A DNA stretch of 64,000 nt. Source: an uncultured Chloroflexia bacterium (lineage in GTDB: Bacteria; Chloroflexota; Limnocylindria; Limnocylindrales; CSP1-4). Positions 49,760 to 60,128 of the stretch are shown here, piece by piece. The notes under the pieces are model-generated. The model did not search any database and was not told where the DNA came from. It saw only the letters and a program-made list of their open reading frames with translations. Made by a program: the position numbers and the translations under genes. Within the stretch, counting starts at the first letter, position 1; each line of letters begins with the position of its first letter. The stretch spans positions 32,001 to 96,000 of the forward strand of contig CAVVYR010000029.1 in the NCBI GenBank assembly GCA_963752475.1, in the 5' to 3' direction.

Positions 49760-50275
49760 CATCAGCCGGAGCTCGCAGGTGCGCGCGAGCCATGCGAAGT
49801 CCGGCGGCACCGCCGACGGAACTTCGCCGCCACCGCCGTGGCCTCGTCGAGACCGCTGGCCTCGCTGCGGAAGAAGAAGCGCGTCGTGGGCTTGGCGCGC
49901 CCCGAGCACTCCTCCACGAAGTCGAGGTTGACTTCGCCCGGGAATGAGACCGGAACCAGCACAGCGCGCCCACCGAAGCGATCGATCGAGGCCTGCAGGT
50001 CGGTGGTGGGATGGGTGAAGTTCAGGTTGGCACGCATCGAAGGCCGTCAGTGTGTCGGTGATCTTGCGCAGCAAGCGATGGACGGCTTCTGGCTGCTCGT
50101 GCCACGCCATGAAGAAGGCCCCCTTCAGTCCCGGTCCACGCGTGGAGCCACAGAACACGGTCATCGCCGATGACCTCCAAGCTGCGCTGGTCCATCTCCA
50201 GCTGGCGCTTGCCAAGCTGAGCCCGGTCTTCGATGCTTCCGTGCACCAGGACTCGAACGTCAGCGTAACGATCGC
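49760..50275 (-). pseudogene. Decayed remnant resembling a UroD/MtaA-family gene
   Basis: Protein-like fragments in three different frames, e.g. GPGLKGAFFMAWHEQPEAVHRLLRKITDTL and NFTHPTTDLQASIDRFGGRAVL. Confidence 0.45.
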
Positions 50276-50415
50276 CGAACGCATTGACTCGAAACGCGTC
50301 GCGCGGAGCGTTCCGCAGCGTCTGCGATCCTTGCCGCTCAAAGCGGCTGCAGGAACCAGCAACGCACTTCCGCGACTGCTGGATGCGACCGGTCGCACAC
50401 GACCACGTACGTTTC

Positions 50416-50429
50416 TGAAACCGCTTACA
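50416..50429. promoter_or_regulatory. LacI-family operator TGAAACCGCTTACA
   Basis: Fits the consensus, 30 bp upstream of a LacI start codon. Confidence 0.75.
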
Positions 50430-50459
50430 TTCAGTTTCAGCTTTGGTACAGTCCCTGCC

Positions 50460-51509
50460 ATGCCCACGAGCAAGCGAGCGCGCAACGAAGAGCCGGTGAC
50501 CATCTACGAGGTCGCTCGCGAGGCCGGCGTGTCGACGGCCACGGTCTCGCGCGTCATCAACGGACAGCGGCACGTCCGCGAGTCCACACGCCTCAAGGTC
50601 GAGGAGGCGATGGACCGCCTCGGCTACGTCGCCAACCGCCAGGCCCGCGGCCTCGCTGGCGGCCGCTCACGCATGATCGGCCTGCTCGTGCACGAGGTCG
50701 GCTCGTCCTACTTCACCCAGATCATCCGAGGTATCGACCACGCCGTCGCCGACATCGGCTACGACCTCGTGCTCTACACCTCGCATGCGCGTGTCGAGGC
50801 TGAGGCGCAGCACGCGCTGCAGCTGGCGACAGGTCCGGTGGACGGCATCATCTTCGTGCTCGCGGTCGATCCGGCCAAGTACGTCGAGACGCTGCGCGGG
50901 CGGGGCATGCCCTTCGTGATGCTGGACCACTCGCACGAACTCAGCGGGACCACGTTCGTGACCGCCTCCAACCGCAGCGGCGCCAAAGACGCCATCGAGC
51001 ACCTCATCGGCCTGGGGCATCAGCGCATCGGCTTCATCACCGGCAAGTCCGGGGTCAGCTCGACGAGCGAGCGGCTGGCCGGTTATCGCGATGCAATGCA
51101 GGACGCGGACATCCGTCACGACGACGAGCTGGTGGTGACCGGCGACTTTCTGGAAGGACGGGGCTATCGGGCCACTGAGCAGCTGCTGGAGCTGGAGCGG
51201 CCGCCGACGGCCATCTTCACCTCGGCCGACATGGCGGCGTTCGGTGCGATCAAGGCGTGCCGGGCAGCAGGCCTGCGCGTGCCCGAGGATATCTCCATCG
51301 TCGGCTTCGACGACATCCCTGAGGCCTCCCTGGTGATGCCACCGCTGACGACCGTGCGCCAGCCGCTGATGGAGATGGGCACCACGGCCGTACGCTTGCT
51401 GCAGCGGCTGATGGACGAGCCCGAGCTCACCCCAAGCAAGACGGAACTCGTGACCGAGCTGGTGGTGCGCGACTCCACGGCCCCGCCACCGAAGGCGCCC
51501 GGGCGCTAG
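50460..51509 (+). CDS. LacI family regulator
   Basis: VTIYEVAREAGVSTATVSRVIN, GHQRIG, VPEDISIVGFDD and PPLTTV motifs. Confidence 0.96.
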   Translation: MPTSKRARNEEPVTIYEVAREAGVSTATVSRVINGQRHVRESTRLKVEEAMDRLGYVANRQARGLAGGRSRMIGLLVHEVGSSYFTQIIRGIDHAVADIGYDLVLYTSHARVEAEAQHALQLATGPVDGIIFVLAVDPAKYVETLRGRGMPFVMLDHSHELSGTTFVTASNRSGAKDAIEHLIGLGHQRIGFITGKSGVSSTSERLAGYRDAMQDADIRHDDELVVTGDFLEGRGYRATEQLLELERPPTAIFTSADMAAFGAIKACRAAGLRVPEDISIVGFDDIPEASLVMPPLTTVRQPLMEMGTTAVRLLQRLMDEPELTPSKTELVTELVVRDSTAPPPKAPGR

Positions 51510-52915
51510 GGCGACCGGGACGACAGCGGCTCCAGTCCGTTGCGGGCGATGACCTCGCGATACCAGTACGCGCTGTCCTTGGGCGTGCGCACCAGCGTGT
51601 CGTAGTCGACGTGGACGATGCCGAAGCGCTTGTGGTAGCCGTGTGACCACTCGAAGTTGTCCATCAGCGACCACCCGAAGTAGCCGCGCACGTCGGCTCC
51701 TTCTTCGATGGCGCGATGCACGGCCCTCAGATGCGCATCGAGGTAGGCGATGCGCCGCGGATCATGGCAGCGGCCATCGACCACGGGATCGTCGTAGGCA
51801 CAGCCGTTCTCGGTGACGTACAGGGGCGGCAGGTTCGGGTAGGCCTTCGCGAGGCCCACCAGGAGGGCGCGGAGGCCGTCGGGCGTGATGGGCCAACCCA
51901 TATCGGTGCGCTCGCCTTCGGGCGCGAAGGGCACGGCATCCTTCATGCCCGGGGTGGCCAGCCAGCTGCCGCCAGGCTGGGCGCGCACGTGATCATCGTT
52001 GTAGTAGTTGACGCCCAGCCAGTCGAGCGGCTGCGCGATGGCCTCGAGGTCTCCCTCGTCGATCGGCAGACCACCGAAGGCCGCCAGGTCCGCCATGGCA
52101 TCCTCGGGATAGCGGCCCAGCAACATCGGCTCCATCCAGACACGGTTGCGCAGCGCGTCGTACCGACGCACGCCATCGGCTGCGGCGCCATCGGGGTCGT
52201 CGCCCACGACGTGCATGGGCATGAGGTTGATGACCACGCCCTGCTGAGGTTCAGGGTCGATGGCACGCATGGTCTCGACCGCCAGGCCATGCGAGAGGTT
52301 GATGTGATGGACGGCCCTGGTCGCAGCGACCGGATCGGTGCGACCCGGGGCATGTGACGGATCCGCGTAGCCCAGCATCGAGGAGCACCAGGGCTCGTTG
52401 TGCGTGGCCCAGAGGTCGACCCGGTCGTGCAGCGCCTCGAACATGATGCCGGCGTACTCGGCGAAGCGGTAGGCGGTATCGCGCGCGGGCCAGCCGCCAG
52501 CGTCCTCCAGCGCCTGCGGCAGATCCCAGTGGTAGAGCGTCAGCGCCGGTGTGATGTCATCGGCCAGCAGTTCATCCACGAGGCGCGAATAGAAGTCGAG
52601 CCCTGGCTGGTTGACAGGGCCGGAGCCGGTGGGCTGGATGCGCGGCCAGGCCACGCTGAAGCGGTAGGCCCGCAGGCCCAGCCGAGCCATCATCTCGACG
52701 TCCTGCGGCATGCGGTTGTAGTGGTCTACCGACACGTCTCCGGTGTGACCGTCCTTGATCAGGTCGGTGTGGTGGCACTGCGTGTCCCAGATGCTGGGTC
52801 CGCGTCCGTCCTGGTAGACGGCGCCCTCGATCTGATAGGCGCTGGTGGCGGCGCCCCAGAGGAAGCCCTCTGGGAAGCGGAGTACGTCGGTGTCGGTCAT
52901 GGGTGGATCACTCAC
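51506..52915 (-). CDS. GH1 beta-glucosidase
   Basis: FPEGFLWGAATSAYQIEG, THNEP (acid/base), VTENG (nucleophile) and DNFEW motifs. Confidence 0.96.
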   Translation of the reverse strand: MSDPPMTDTDVLRFPEGFLWGAATSAYQIEGAVYQDGRGPSIWDTQCHHTDLIKDGHTGDVSVDHYNRMPQDVEMMARLGLRAYRFSVAWPRIQPTGSGPVNQPGLDFYSRLVDELLADDITPALTLYHWDLPQALEDAGGWPARDTAYRFAEYAGIMFEALHDRVDLWATHNEPWCSSMLGYADPSHAPGRTDPVAATRAVHHINLSHGLAVETMRAIDPEPQQGVVINLMPMHVVGDDPDGAAADGVRRYDALRNRVWMEPMLLGRYPEDAMADLAAFGGLPIDEGDLEAIAQPLDWLGVNYYNDDHVRAQPGGSWLATPGMKDAVPFAPEGERTDMGWPITPDGLRALLVGLAKAYPNLPPLYVTENGCAYDDPVVDGRCHDPRRIAYLDAHLRAVHRAIEEGADVRGYFGWSLMDNFEWSHGYHKRFGIVHVDYDTLVRTPKDSAYWYREVIARNGLEPLSSRSP

Positions 52916-52930
52916 TGTCTCAACCTTCGC

Positions 52931-53932
52931 CTATCCGGTCGGGACGGTCGAGCCCCGGATGAGCAGCTCCGTGGGGAGGATCACGCGCTGGGGCACGGTG
53001 TGGCGGTCCGAAAGCAGTCGGAAGAGCGTGCGCGCCGCTTCCTTGCCCAGCAAGCGCTCGTCCTGCCGCATCGTCGTGAGCGGCGGACCCGCCGTCGGTG
53101 CCTCGGCCACGTCGTCGAACCCGGCGACGGCGACTTCCTGAGGCACGCGCACACCACGACGTCGCAACTCGTCGAGCGCACCCAGGGCCATGGAGTCACT
53201 GGCCGCGAAGATCGCGTCGACGCCAGTCTCGAGGAGCGCGACCGCACCGTCGGTGCCCGACCGTCTAAGGTAGTCACCGCGATACACGAGCCCATCGGTA
53301 GGCAGCCCGGCACGGGCCATGGCTCGGTGATAGCCGGTGAGGCGCTCAGCGGCCGAGGTCCCGCCCTGACGACCAGCGATGTGACCGATGCGTGTCCGCC
53401 CGATCGACAGCAGATGGTCGACCACCTGCTCGGCAGCCCGTTCGTTGTGGATGTCGATGTAGCTGGCCGAGCGATCCTGGTGTCGGTGACCGATGAGCAC
53501 GGTCGGAAGCTCTGACGCCACCAGCCCGTCAACCAGCGGGTCGTCGAGCGTGTCGGCCGTGACCAGCAGGCCGTCGAACAGACGCATGCCCAGGATGCGC
53601 TCGAGCGTCTGCTCCTTCGACAGGTTCGCGAGCCAGAGCATCATGCCCGCATCCTTCTCCGCGAGGCCTTCGGTGATGCCGTGGAAGAGGCCGGAGAAGA
53701 AGGGGTCCTGGAAGAGCGTGTCCGGGTTGACGTGGATGACCACACCCACGACGCCCGACCGGCCGGAGGCCAACGTGCGGGCGACGAGGTTGGGCCGATA
53801 GCCGGTCTCCTCCATGGCCTCGAGCACGCGCTGGCGAGTAGCTTGCGAGACCGAGCCGCCGTTGAGCACGCGCGAGACCGTCGATCGCGAGACGCCACTG
53901 ACGGCCGCGACGTCCTCCAGCTTCCCGCTCAT
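52931..53932 (-). CDS. LacI family regulator
   Basis: LEDVAAVSGVSRSTVSRVLN, VAVAGFDD and PPLTT motifs. Confidence 0.95.
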   Translation of the reverse strand: MSGKLEDVAAVSGVSRSTVSRVLNGGSVSQATRQRVLEAMEETGYRPNLVARTLASGRSGVVGVVIHVNPDTLFQDPFFSGLFHGITEGLAEKDAGMMLWLANLSKEQTLERILGMRLFDGLLVTADTLDDPLVDGLVASELPTVLIGHRHQDRSASYIDIHNERAAEQVVDHLLSIGRTRIGHIAGRQGGTSAAERLTGYHRAMARAGLPTDGLVYRGDYLRRSGTDGAVALLETGVDAIFAASDSMALGALDELRRRGVRVPQEVAVAGFDDVAEAPTAGPPLTTMRQDERLLGKEAARTLFRLLSDRHTVPQRVILPTELLIRGSTVPTG

Positions 53933-54175
53933 GCTGATCCTCTCTCCATGCTGGCCATACCTGCCTCCGGCGCGCTCCACACGACGGCTCACTATGCACC
54001 GTGCGCCAAGGTGCGGTCAGCGTGGCCCTGCATCGAGGGCCATGGGGTGTTCTCGGTGCATTCGTTTGCTACGATGGAAGCATCCGCCGCGCAGGCGTAC
54101 GGGGCTCGTCCAGCCGACCAGATCGGTCAGCAGATGCAAGAGCCCGCGACCTGTCGGAGGAGGAGGTATGCCGGT

Positions 54176-55342
<1,167 letters not shown>

Positions 55343-55381
55343 ACCGACCCCAAGCCGGCATCACCGGCTCCACACACGACG

Positions 55382-55417
55382 AGGCGCCTCACCCGGAGGG
55401 TGGGGTGCCTTTCTATT
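55382..55417 (+). terminator. Intrinsic terminator
   Basis: aggcgcctcaccc-loop-gggtggggtgcct stem (with G-U pairs) followed by ttctatt. Confidence 0.8.
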
Positions 55418-55503
55418 CGCGTCGACCGGATCGCGGAGAGGCTCTAGCAGGTCGGCCGCGTAGAATCGGGTCTGTCCGGCCATCGACGAGGGAGGAGTAC
55501 CGA

Positions 55504-56373
55504 GTGGCAGACCTGCCGTTCATCGACACGCACGTCCATTTCTACGACCTCGAGAACCCGAGACTGCGCTACGACCTGCTCAGGCCGGGTGCCAAACACG
55601 AGATCATCGAGGACATCCGCGCCATCAAGGCCTCCCGCTACTGGGCTGACGACTGGCTGGCCGAGACGCGTTTCGCCAATGTCGCCAAGTCGATCCACGT
55701 GCAGTGTGCCGGCGGGATCGTGGACCCGGTCGAGGAGACAAGGTGGATCCAGGCCTTCGCTGACCGACTGGGCCATCCGCATGGCATCGTGGCCGAGGTC
55801 CACCTTGCAGAGCCGGATGCTGAAGCGGTCATCGAACGCCACCTGGAGTTCGCCAATGTCCGCGGCGTCCGTGAGTACCGCGATGACGACTACCTCCTGG
55901 ATCCGGCTTGGCAGCGCGGCTTCTCATCCCTCGACAAGCACGGCCTCCTCAGCTGCGTGCACGCCAAGCCCGAGACCTACGCAGACGTCAAGGCGCTCGC
56001 GACCAAGCATTCCAACATGATCGTGTGCCTGGACCACGCCGGCTTTCCTCGCGGGCGCGACCCCGAGTACTTCGCGTTGTGGAGGCGGGAGATCCTGAAC
56101 CTCGCCGAAGCGCCCAATGTCATCGTCAAGGTCTCGGGCCTCGACATCTGCGACCCTCGCTGGACGATCGACTCGGTCCGCCCATGGGTCTCGACCTGCA
56201 TCGAAGCCTTTGGGCCCGCGCGCACGATCTTCGCCTCGAACTGGCCCTTCGGGCGTCTGTTCGCCTCTTACCCCGATGTGGTCGACACCTGGGCGGCGCT
56301 GATCAGCGAGTACTCCGATGGCGAGCAAGCGGCCATGTTCAGTGGCAACGCGGAGCGCTACTTCCGCATCTGA
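55504..56373 (+). CDS. Amidohydrolase_2 family, sugar-lactone lactonase-like (L-fuconolactonase/LigI group)
   Basis: IDTHVH, VRGVR, LDHAG, KVSG and FASNWP motifs. Confidence 0.87.
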   Translation: MADLPFIDTHVHFYDLENPRLRYDLLRPGAKHEIIEDIRAIKASRYWADDWLAETRFANVAKSIHVQCAGGIVDPVEETRWIQAFADRLGHPHGIVAEVHLAEPDAEAVIERHLEFANVRGVREYRDDDYLLDPAWQRGFSSLDKHGLLSCVHAKPETYADVKALATKHSNMIVCLDHAGFPRGRDPEYFALWRREILNLAEAPNVIVKVSGLDICDPRWTIDSVRPWVSTCIEAFGPARTIFASNWPFGRLFASYPDVVDTWAALISEYSDGEQAAMFSGNAERYFRI

Positions 56374-56384
56374 CCACGGAAGGC

Positions 56385-56434
56385 TTGCCTGCACCAGCGC
56401 CCCGCGCTAGGCTGAACGAGGCGTGTATGCACAC
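56385..56434 (+). promoter_or_regulatory. Promoter TTGCCT-17-TAGGCT followed by operator copy 1 (GCGTGTATGCACAC)
   Basis: The motif's reverse complement GTGTGCATACACGC matches the sites at 60056 and 62392. Confidence 0.72.
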
Positions 56435-56478
56435 CTGCATGCGAGTCGGGCTCAGACAGGCAGATCGAGGAGTGAAAC

Positions 56479-57483
56479 ATGCAGCGCATCATCGATGACC
56501 CGACACTGGTCGTGGAGGACATGCTGCGCGGCTTCCTGCGCGCCCATCCCGGCCTCGTAGCCCCGACCGATGATCCGCGCGTCGTGCGCTACGTAGGCGC
56601 ACCGGTCGACGGCAAGGTCGGCATCGTCACCGGTGGTGGCTCCGGGCACAAGCCCGCCTTCATCGGCTATCTCGGGCGCAACATGGTCGATGCCGTGGCC
56701 GTCGGTGAGATCTTCAGCTCCCCTTCGGCATCGGCGTTCCTGAACGCCTTCAAGGCGGCTGACGCTGGCGCCGGGGTGGCCTGCCTCTACGGCAACTATG
56801 CGGGCGACAACATGAACGTCAAGCTGGCGCGCAGGAAGGCCGAGAAGGCGGGCATCCGCGTCGAGACCGTCATCGCCAACGATGACGTGCCCTCTGCGCC
56901 ACCCGACGAGCGTGAGAAGCGCCGTGGCGTCGCGGGCGAAGTCCTGCTGTGGAAGGTCGGCGGCGCCAAGGCCGCCCTCGGAGGAACGCTCGACGAGGTC
57001 ATCGCAGCGGCACAGAAGGCCATCGACAACACGCGCAGCATCGGCGTGGGCCTGACCCCCTGCACCATCCCGGCCCTGGGCAAGCCCAACTTCAGCATCG
57101 AGCCCGGGATGATGGAGGTCGGTATCGGCCACCACGGCGAACCGGGCGTCTCGGTCGAGTCGCTCAAACCCGCGAAGGACATCGCCCGCGGGATGATGGA
57201 CGTCATCCTGCCGGACCTGCCCTTCGAGCGCGGCGATGAGGTCACCATCCTGGTCTCCGGGCTCGGCGCCACGCCGGTGATGGAGCTGTACATCCTCTTC
57301 GACCACATCGCGGCCATGGCCGAGGAGGTCGGCTTGTCCATCCACCGGCCGTACGTCGGCAACTACTTCACCTCCCTCGAGATGATGGGTGCGACCGTCA
57401 CGCTCATGCGGCTCGACCAAGAACTCAAGACCTGCCTCGACCTCGAGGCTGACAGCGTCGGCCTACGCCAGTTCCCCGCATGA
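56479..57483 (+). CDS. dhaK: Dihydroxyacetone/erythrulose kinase substrate-binding subunit (DhaK family)
   Basis: GGGSGHKP, IFSSP, NYAGD, RRGVAG, HHGEPG and TSLEM motifs. Confidence 0.92.
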   Translation: MQRIIDDPTLVVEDMLRGFLRAHPGLVAPTDDPRVVRYVGAPVDGKVGIVTGGGSGHKPAFIGYLGRNMVDAVAVGEIFSSPSASAFLNAFKAADAGAGVACLYGNYAGDNMNVKLARRKAEKAGIRVETVIANDDVPSAPPDEREKRRGVAGEVLLWKVGGAKAALGGTLDEVIAAAQKAIDNTRSIGVGLTPCTIPALGKPNFSIEPGMMEVGIGHHGEPGVSVESLKPAKDIARGMMDVILPDLPFERGDEVTILVSGLGATPVMELYILFDHIAAMAEEVGLSIHRPYVGNYFTSLEMMGATVTLMRLDQELKTCLDLEADSVGLRQFPA

Positions 57484-58136
57484 CCAGCGAACGATCCTTC
57501 GCCAACCGCGATGGCCGGGTCATCATCGACGCGCTCATCGCCGCCATCGAGGACAACGCCGAGAGCCTCAGCCAGATCGACGGTGCCATCGGCGACGGTG
57601 ACCACGGCATCAACATGCGCAAGGGCTTCCTCATGGTCCGCGACGAGCTCGATGGCGAGATCGAGCTCTCGGCCGGCCTGACGCTCATCGGCGACACCCT
57701 CATGATCCGCATCGGCGGCGCGATGGGGCCGCTCTACGGCAGCTTCTTCAGCGAGATGGGGGATGCCTGTGAGGGCCTCGAGCGGATCGACGCGGCCAGC
57801 TTCGGCCGCATGCTCGATGCCGGACGCGAGGCAGTCGAGGACATCGGCGAGGCCCAGGTGGGCGACAAGACGCTGCTCGACACGCTCGTGCCTGCGATGG
57901 AGGCCTATCACGCGTCGATCGCCGCCGGCGACTCGTTCGCGGACGCGCTGGCGGCCTTGAGCAAGGCCGCTGAGAGCGGGAAGGACTCGACGCGGGACCT
58001 GGTCGCCAAGGTTGGCCGGGCTAGCCGCCTTGGCGAACGCTCAAGAGGGGTGCTGGACGCTGGGGCCACCTCCTGTTGGCTCCTGCTCGCCGCCATGGCC
58101 ACGTCGATGCGACAGCTGTTGACTGCGGCCGACTGA
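57480..58136 (+). CDS. dhaL: DhaL family ADP-binding subunit
   Basis: DGAIGDGDHG, GGAMGPLYG, GDKT, GRAS.LGERS and DAGA motifs. Confidence 0.94.
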   Translation: MTSERSFANRDGRVIIDALIAAIEDNAESLSQIDGAIGDGDHGINMRKGFLMVRDELDGEIELSAGLTLIGDTLMIRIGGAMGPLYGSFFSEMGDACEGLERIDAASFGRMLDAGREAVEDIGEAQVGDKTLLDTLVPAMEAYHASIAAGDSFADALAALSKAAESGKDSTRDLVAKVGRASRLGERSRGVLDAGATSCWLLLAAMATSMRQLLTAAD

Positions 58137-58171
58137 TCGACGGGAGCCGGGTCTGGACCCGCTCGCAGCCG

Positions 58172-59191
58172 TCAGGGGCGGATGACCGTCTTGACGATGT
58201 CGGCGTCACGGGCAGTGCGGTGGAAGGCCTCCACGGCCTCTTCGAGCCGGACGTCGAGCGTGAGGATGTTCGTCACCGGGACCGAGCCCTCCGCGATGAG
58301 TTCGATGGCACGCTCGACGGCAGCACGCGTGACGCCGACGCTGGCGTGGATGGTCAGATTGTTCCAGACGACTTTGAACTCGTCGATCTCCACGACACGA
58401 CCGACGTTGCCGAGCCAGACGATCTGGCCGCCGCCAGCGGTAGCATCCACCGCGCTCGCGACCGAGGCCGTGGTGCCCACCGCTTCGACCGTCAGGTCCA
58501 CACCGCGGCCATCGGTGGCGGCCGCCAGTCGGTCGGCAGCATCGGCGGCGGTCGGGTCGAGCACGTGCGTCGCACCCATCTCCTGCGCGATCTGGCGCCG
58601 CTTCTCGAGCGGCTCGAGGACGATGAGTCGGCGAGGCCGGTGCAACGCCAGGACGGCGGCGGCGATGAGCCCGATCGGTCCCCCGCCCACCACCGCGACG
58701 CTGTCGCCGGCATCGACCTTGGCGCGTGAGAGGCCCTTGACCACGACGGCCAGTGGTTCGATCAGGGCCGCTTGCTTGAAGCTGACCTCATCCGGGATGG
58801 GGATGGCCGTGCGCTCACGGATGCGAAAGAGCTCTGCGAACGCGCCCGGGAGGTCGCCTCCATACACCTTGCGATGGGGGCACAGGTCGAAGGCGCCGCG
58901 CCGACACTGGTCACAATCCGCGCACCACTCCATGGGCATGCTGAAGACACGATCTCCGGGCGAGACGGCCCGCACTCCAGTGCCAACGGCGACCACCTCG
59001 CCGCAGGCCTCATGGCCCATGACGAGCGGTGCGACCCGACGGCCATTCTTGCCGTCGTAGCCGTGCGTGTCCGATCCACACACGCTGGCGGCTCGGACGC
59101 GCACCAGCACATCGTCTTCTCGCTCGATGATGGGGTCGGGTTGATCGACGATCTCCAGCGTCGAAGGGGCGCTGAGCAGCATCGCTCTCAT
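58172..59191 (-). CDS. Zn-dependent polyol/sugar(-phosphate) dehydrogenase (GatD/sorbitol dehydrogenase-like)
   Basis: CGSD, GHE, C..C.QC......C, IEP and GGGPIG motifs. Confidence 0.92.
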   Translation of the reverse strand: MRAMLLSAPSTLEIVDQPDPIIEREDDVLVRVRAASVCGSDTHGYDGKNGRRVAPLVMGHEACGEVVAVGTGVRAVSPGDRVFSMPMEWCADCDQCRRGAFDLCPHRKVYGGDLPGAFAELFRIRERTAIPIPDEVSFKQAALIEPLAVVVKGLSRAKVDAGDSVAVVGGGPIGLIAAAVLALHRPRRLIVLEPLEKRRQIAQEMGATHVLDPTAADAADRLAAATDGRGVDLTVEAVGTTASVASAVDATAGGGQIVWLGNVGRVVEIDEFKVVWNNLTIHASVGVTRAAVERAIELIAEGSVPVTNILTLDVRLEEAVEAFHRTARDADIVKTVIRP

Positions 59192-59239
59192 GTCGTCAGT
59201 CCTTATGTCGGAGGCTGCGGCAGCGGGTCGGTACCTACC

Positions 59240-59989
59240 CTAGGCCCGAACGGCCTTCACTCGCTGCACGTACTCCCTGAGCATCGGTTCCGCCTCAGGC
59301 CCAAGCAGGTAGGGGTGGCCGATGAGGACGATGTCTGCGCCAGCCGCCACGGCCGCCTCGCCGCCAGCCGGATCGAAGGTAACCACCCCCACCGGGACGT
59401 CGACGGCCGCCTTGGTGCGGGTGAGCATATCGATCGTATCGTCAGCGTCCGGATCCTCCAAGCGCGCATCGCCACCGTAGTGGACGAGCACAACCTGGGC
59501 CCCCATGTCCACGACCTCGCGGGCTCTTGCCACCGGGTCTGGCGCAGCGTAAAGATCGACGACGACGGTGATACCGGTTTCCGCCTGACCCTCGAGCGCT
59601 TGGCGGATGCTGGCATCGTGGGCGACCCCGCAGATGGTCACGAAGTCGGCACCCATCGAGGCCGCCGAGACGACGTACTTCTTGGCACCATCGACGATCT
59701 TGACGTCGGCCAGGACCGGATCATCGGGGAACGCCTGCTTGAACGGCTCCATCACCGACAGTCCCTGGTAGAGCACCAGGGGCGTACCGAACTCCAGCAG
59801 GTCGACCCCGGCACGCTTGGCCATGTGCCCGATCTCGATAGCCTGATCGACCGTGGGGACGTCGATCGACACCTGCACGATGGGGGCCGGCGTGGCCATG
59901 AGCGCGTCGAGTGCGGCAGAACGGGCCAGGGTCCGGGCCGCTGCCGCGCTGGCGCCCGCCGGAGGTTTGGGTCGTGTCGGAGTCGTCAT
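59240..59989 (-). CDS. OMP decarboxylase/HUMPS superfamily protein, 3-hexulose-6-phosphate synthase-like
   Basis: VQVSID, LEFGTPL, LADVKIVD, VVDL and VHYGGD motifs. Confidence 0.88.
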   Translation of the reverse strand: MTTPTRPKPPAGASAAAARTLARSAALDALMATPAPIVQVSIDVPTVDQAIEIGHMAKRAGVDLLEFGTPLVLYQGLSVMEPFKQAFPDDPVLADVKIVDGAKKYVVSAASMGADFVTICGVAHDASIRQALEGQAETGITVVVDLYAAPDPVARAREVVDMGAQVVLVHYGGDARLEDPDADDTIDMLTRTKAAVDVPVGVVTFDPAGGEAAVAAGADIVLIGHPYLLGPEAEPMLREYVQRVKAVRA

Positions 59990-60055
59990 TCCATCGCTCC
60001 CTCGTGTCCGGGCGCTGGTGCGCGATCTCGGCAAGTTGAGGCTTGCCTGCGGGAC

Positions 60056-60076
60056 GTGTGCATGCAAGCATATCAG
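60056..60076. promoter_or_regulatory. Operator copy 2, GTGTGCATGCAAGCATATCAG, between the divergent HPS-like and transaldolase-like genes
   Basis: 17 of 21 positions match the copy at 62392-62412; overlaps a minus-strand TATGCT -10. Confidence 0.75.
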
Positions 60077-60128
60077 GGTACACAGGCGAGAATCAACGCA
60101 GAGCAACCAGGAAGCCACCAGGAGCCGC

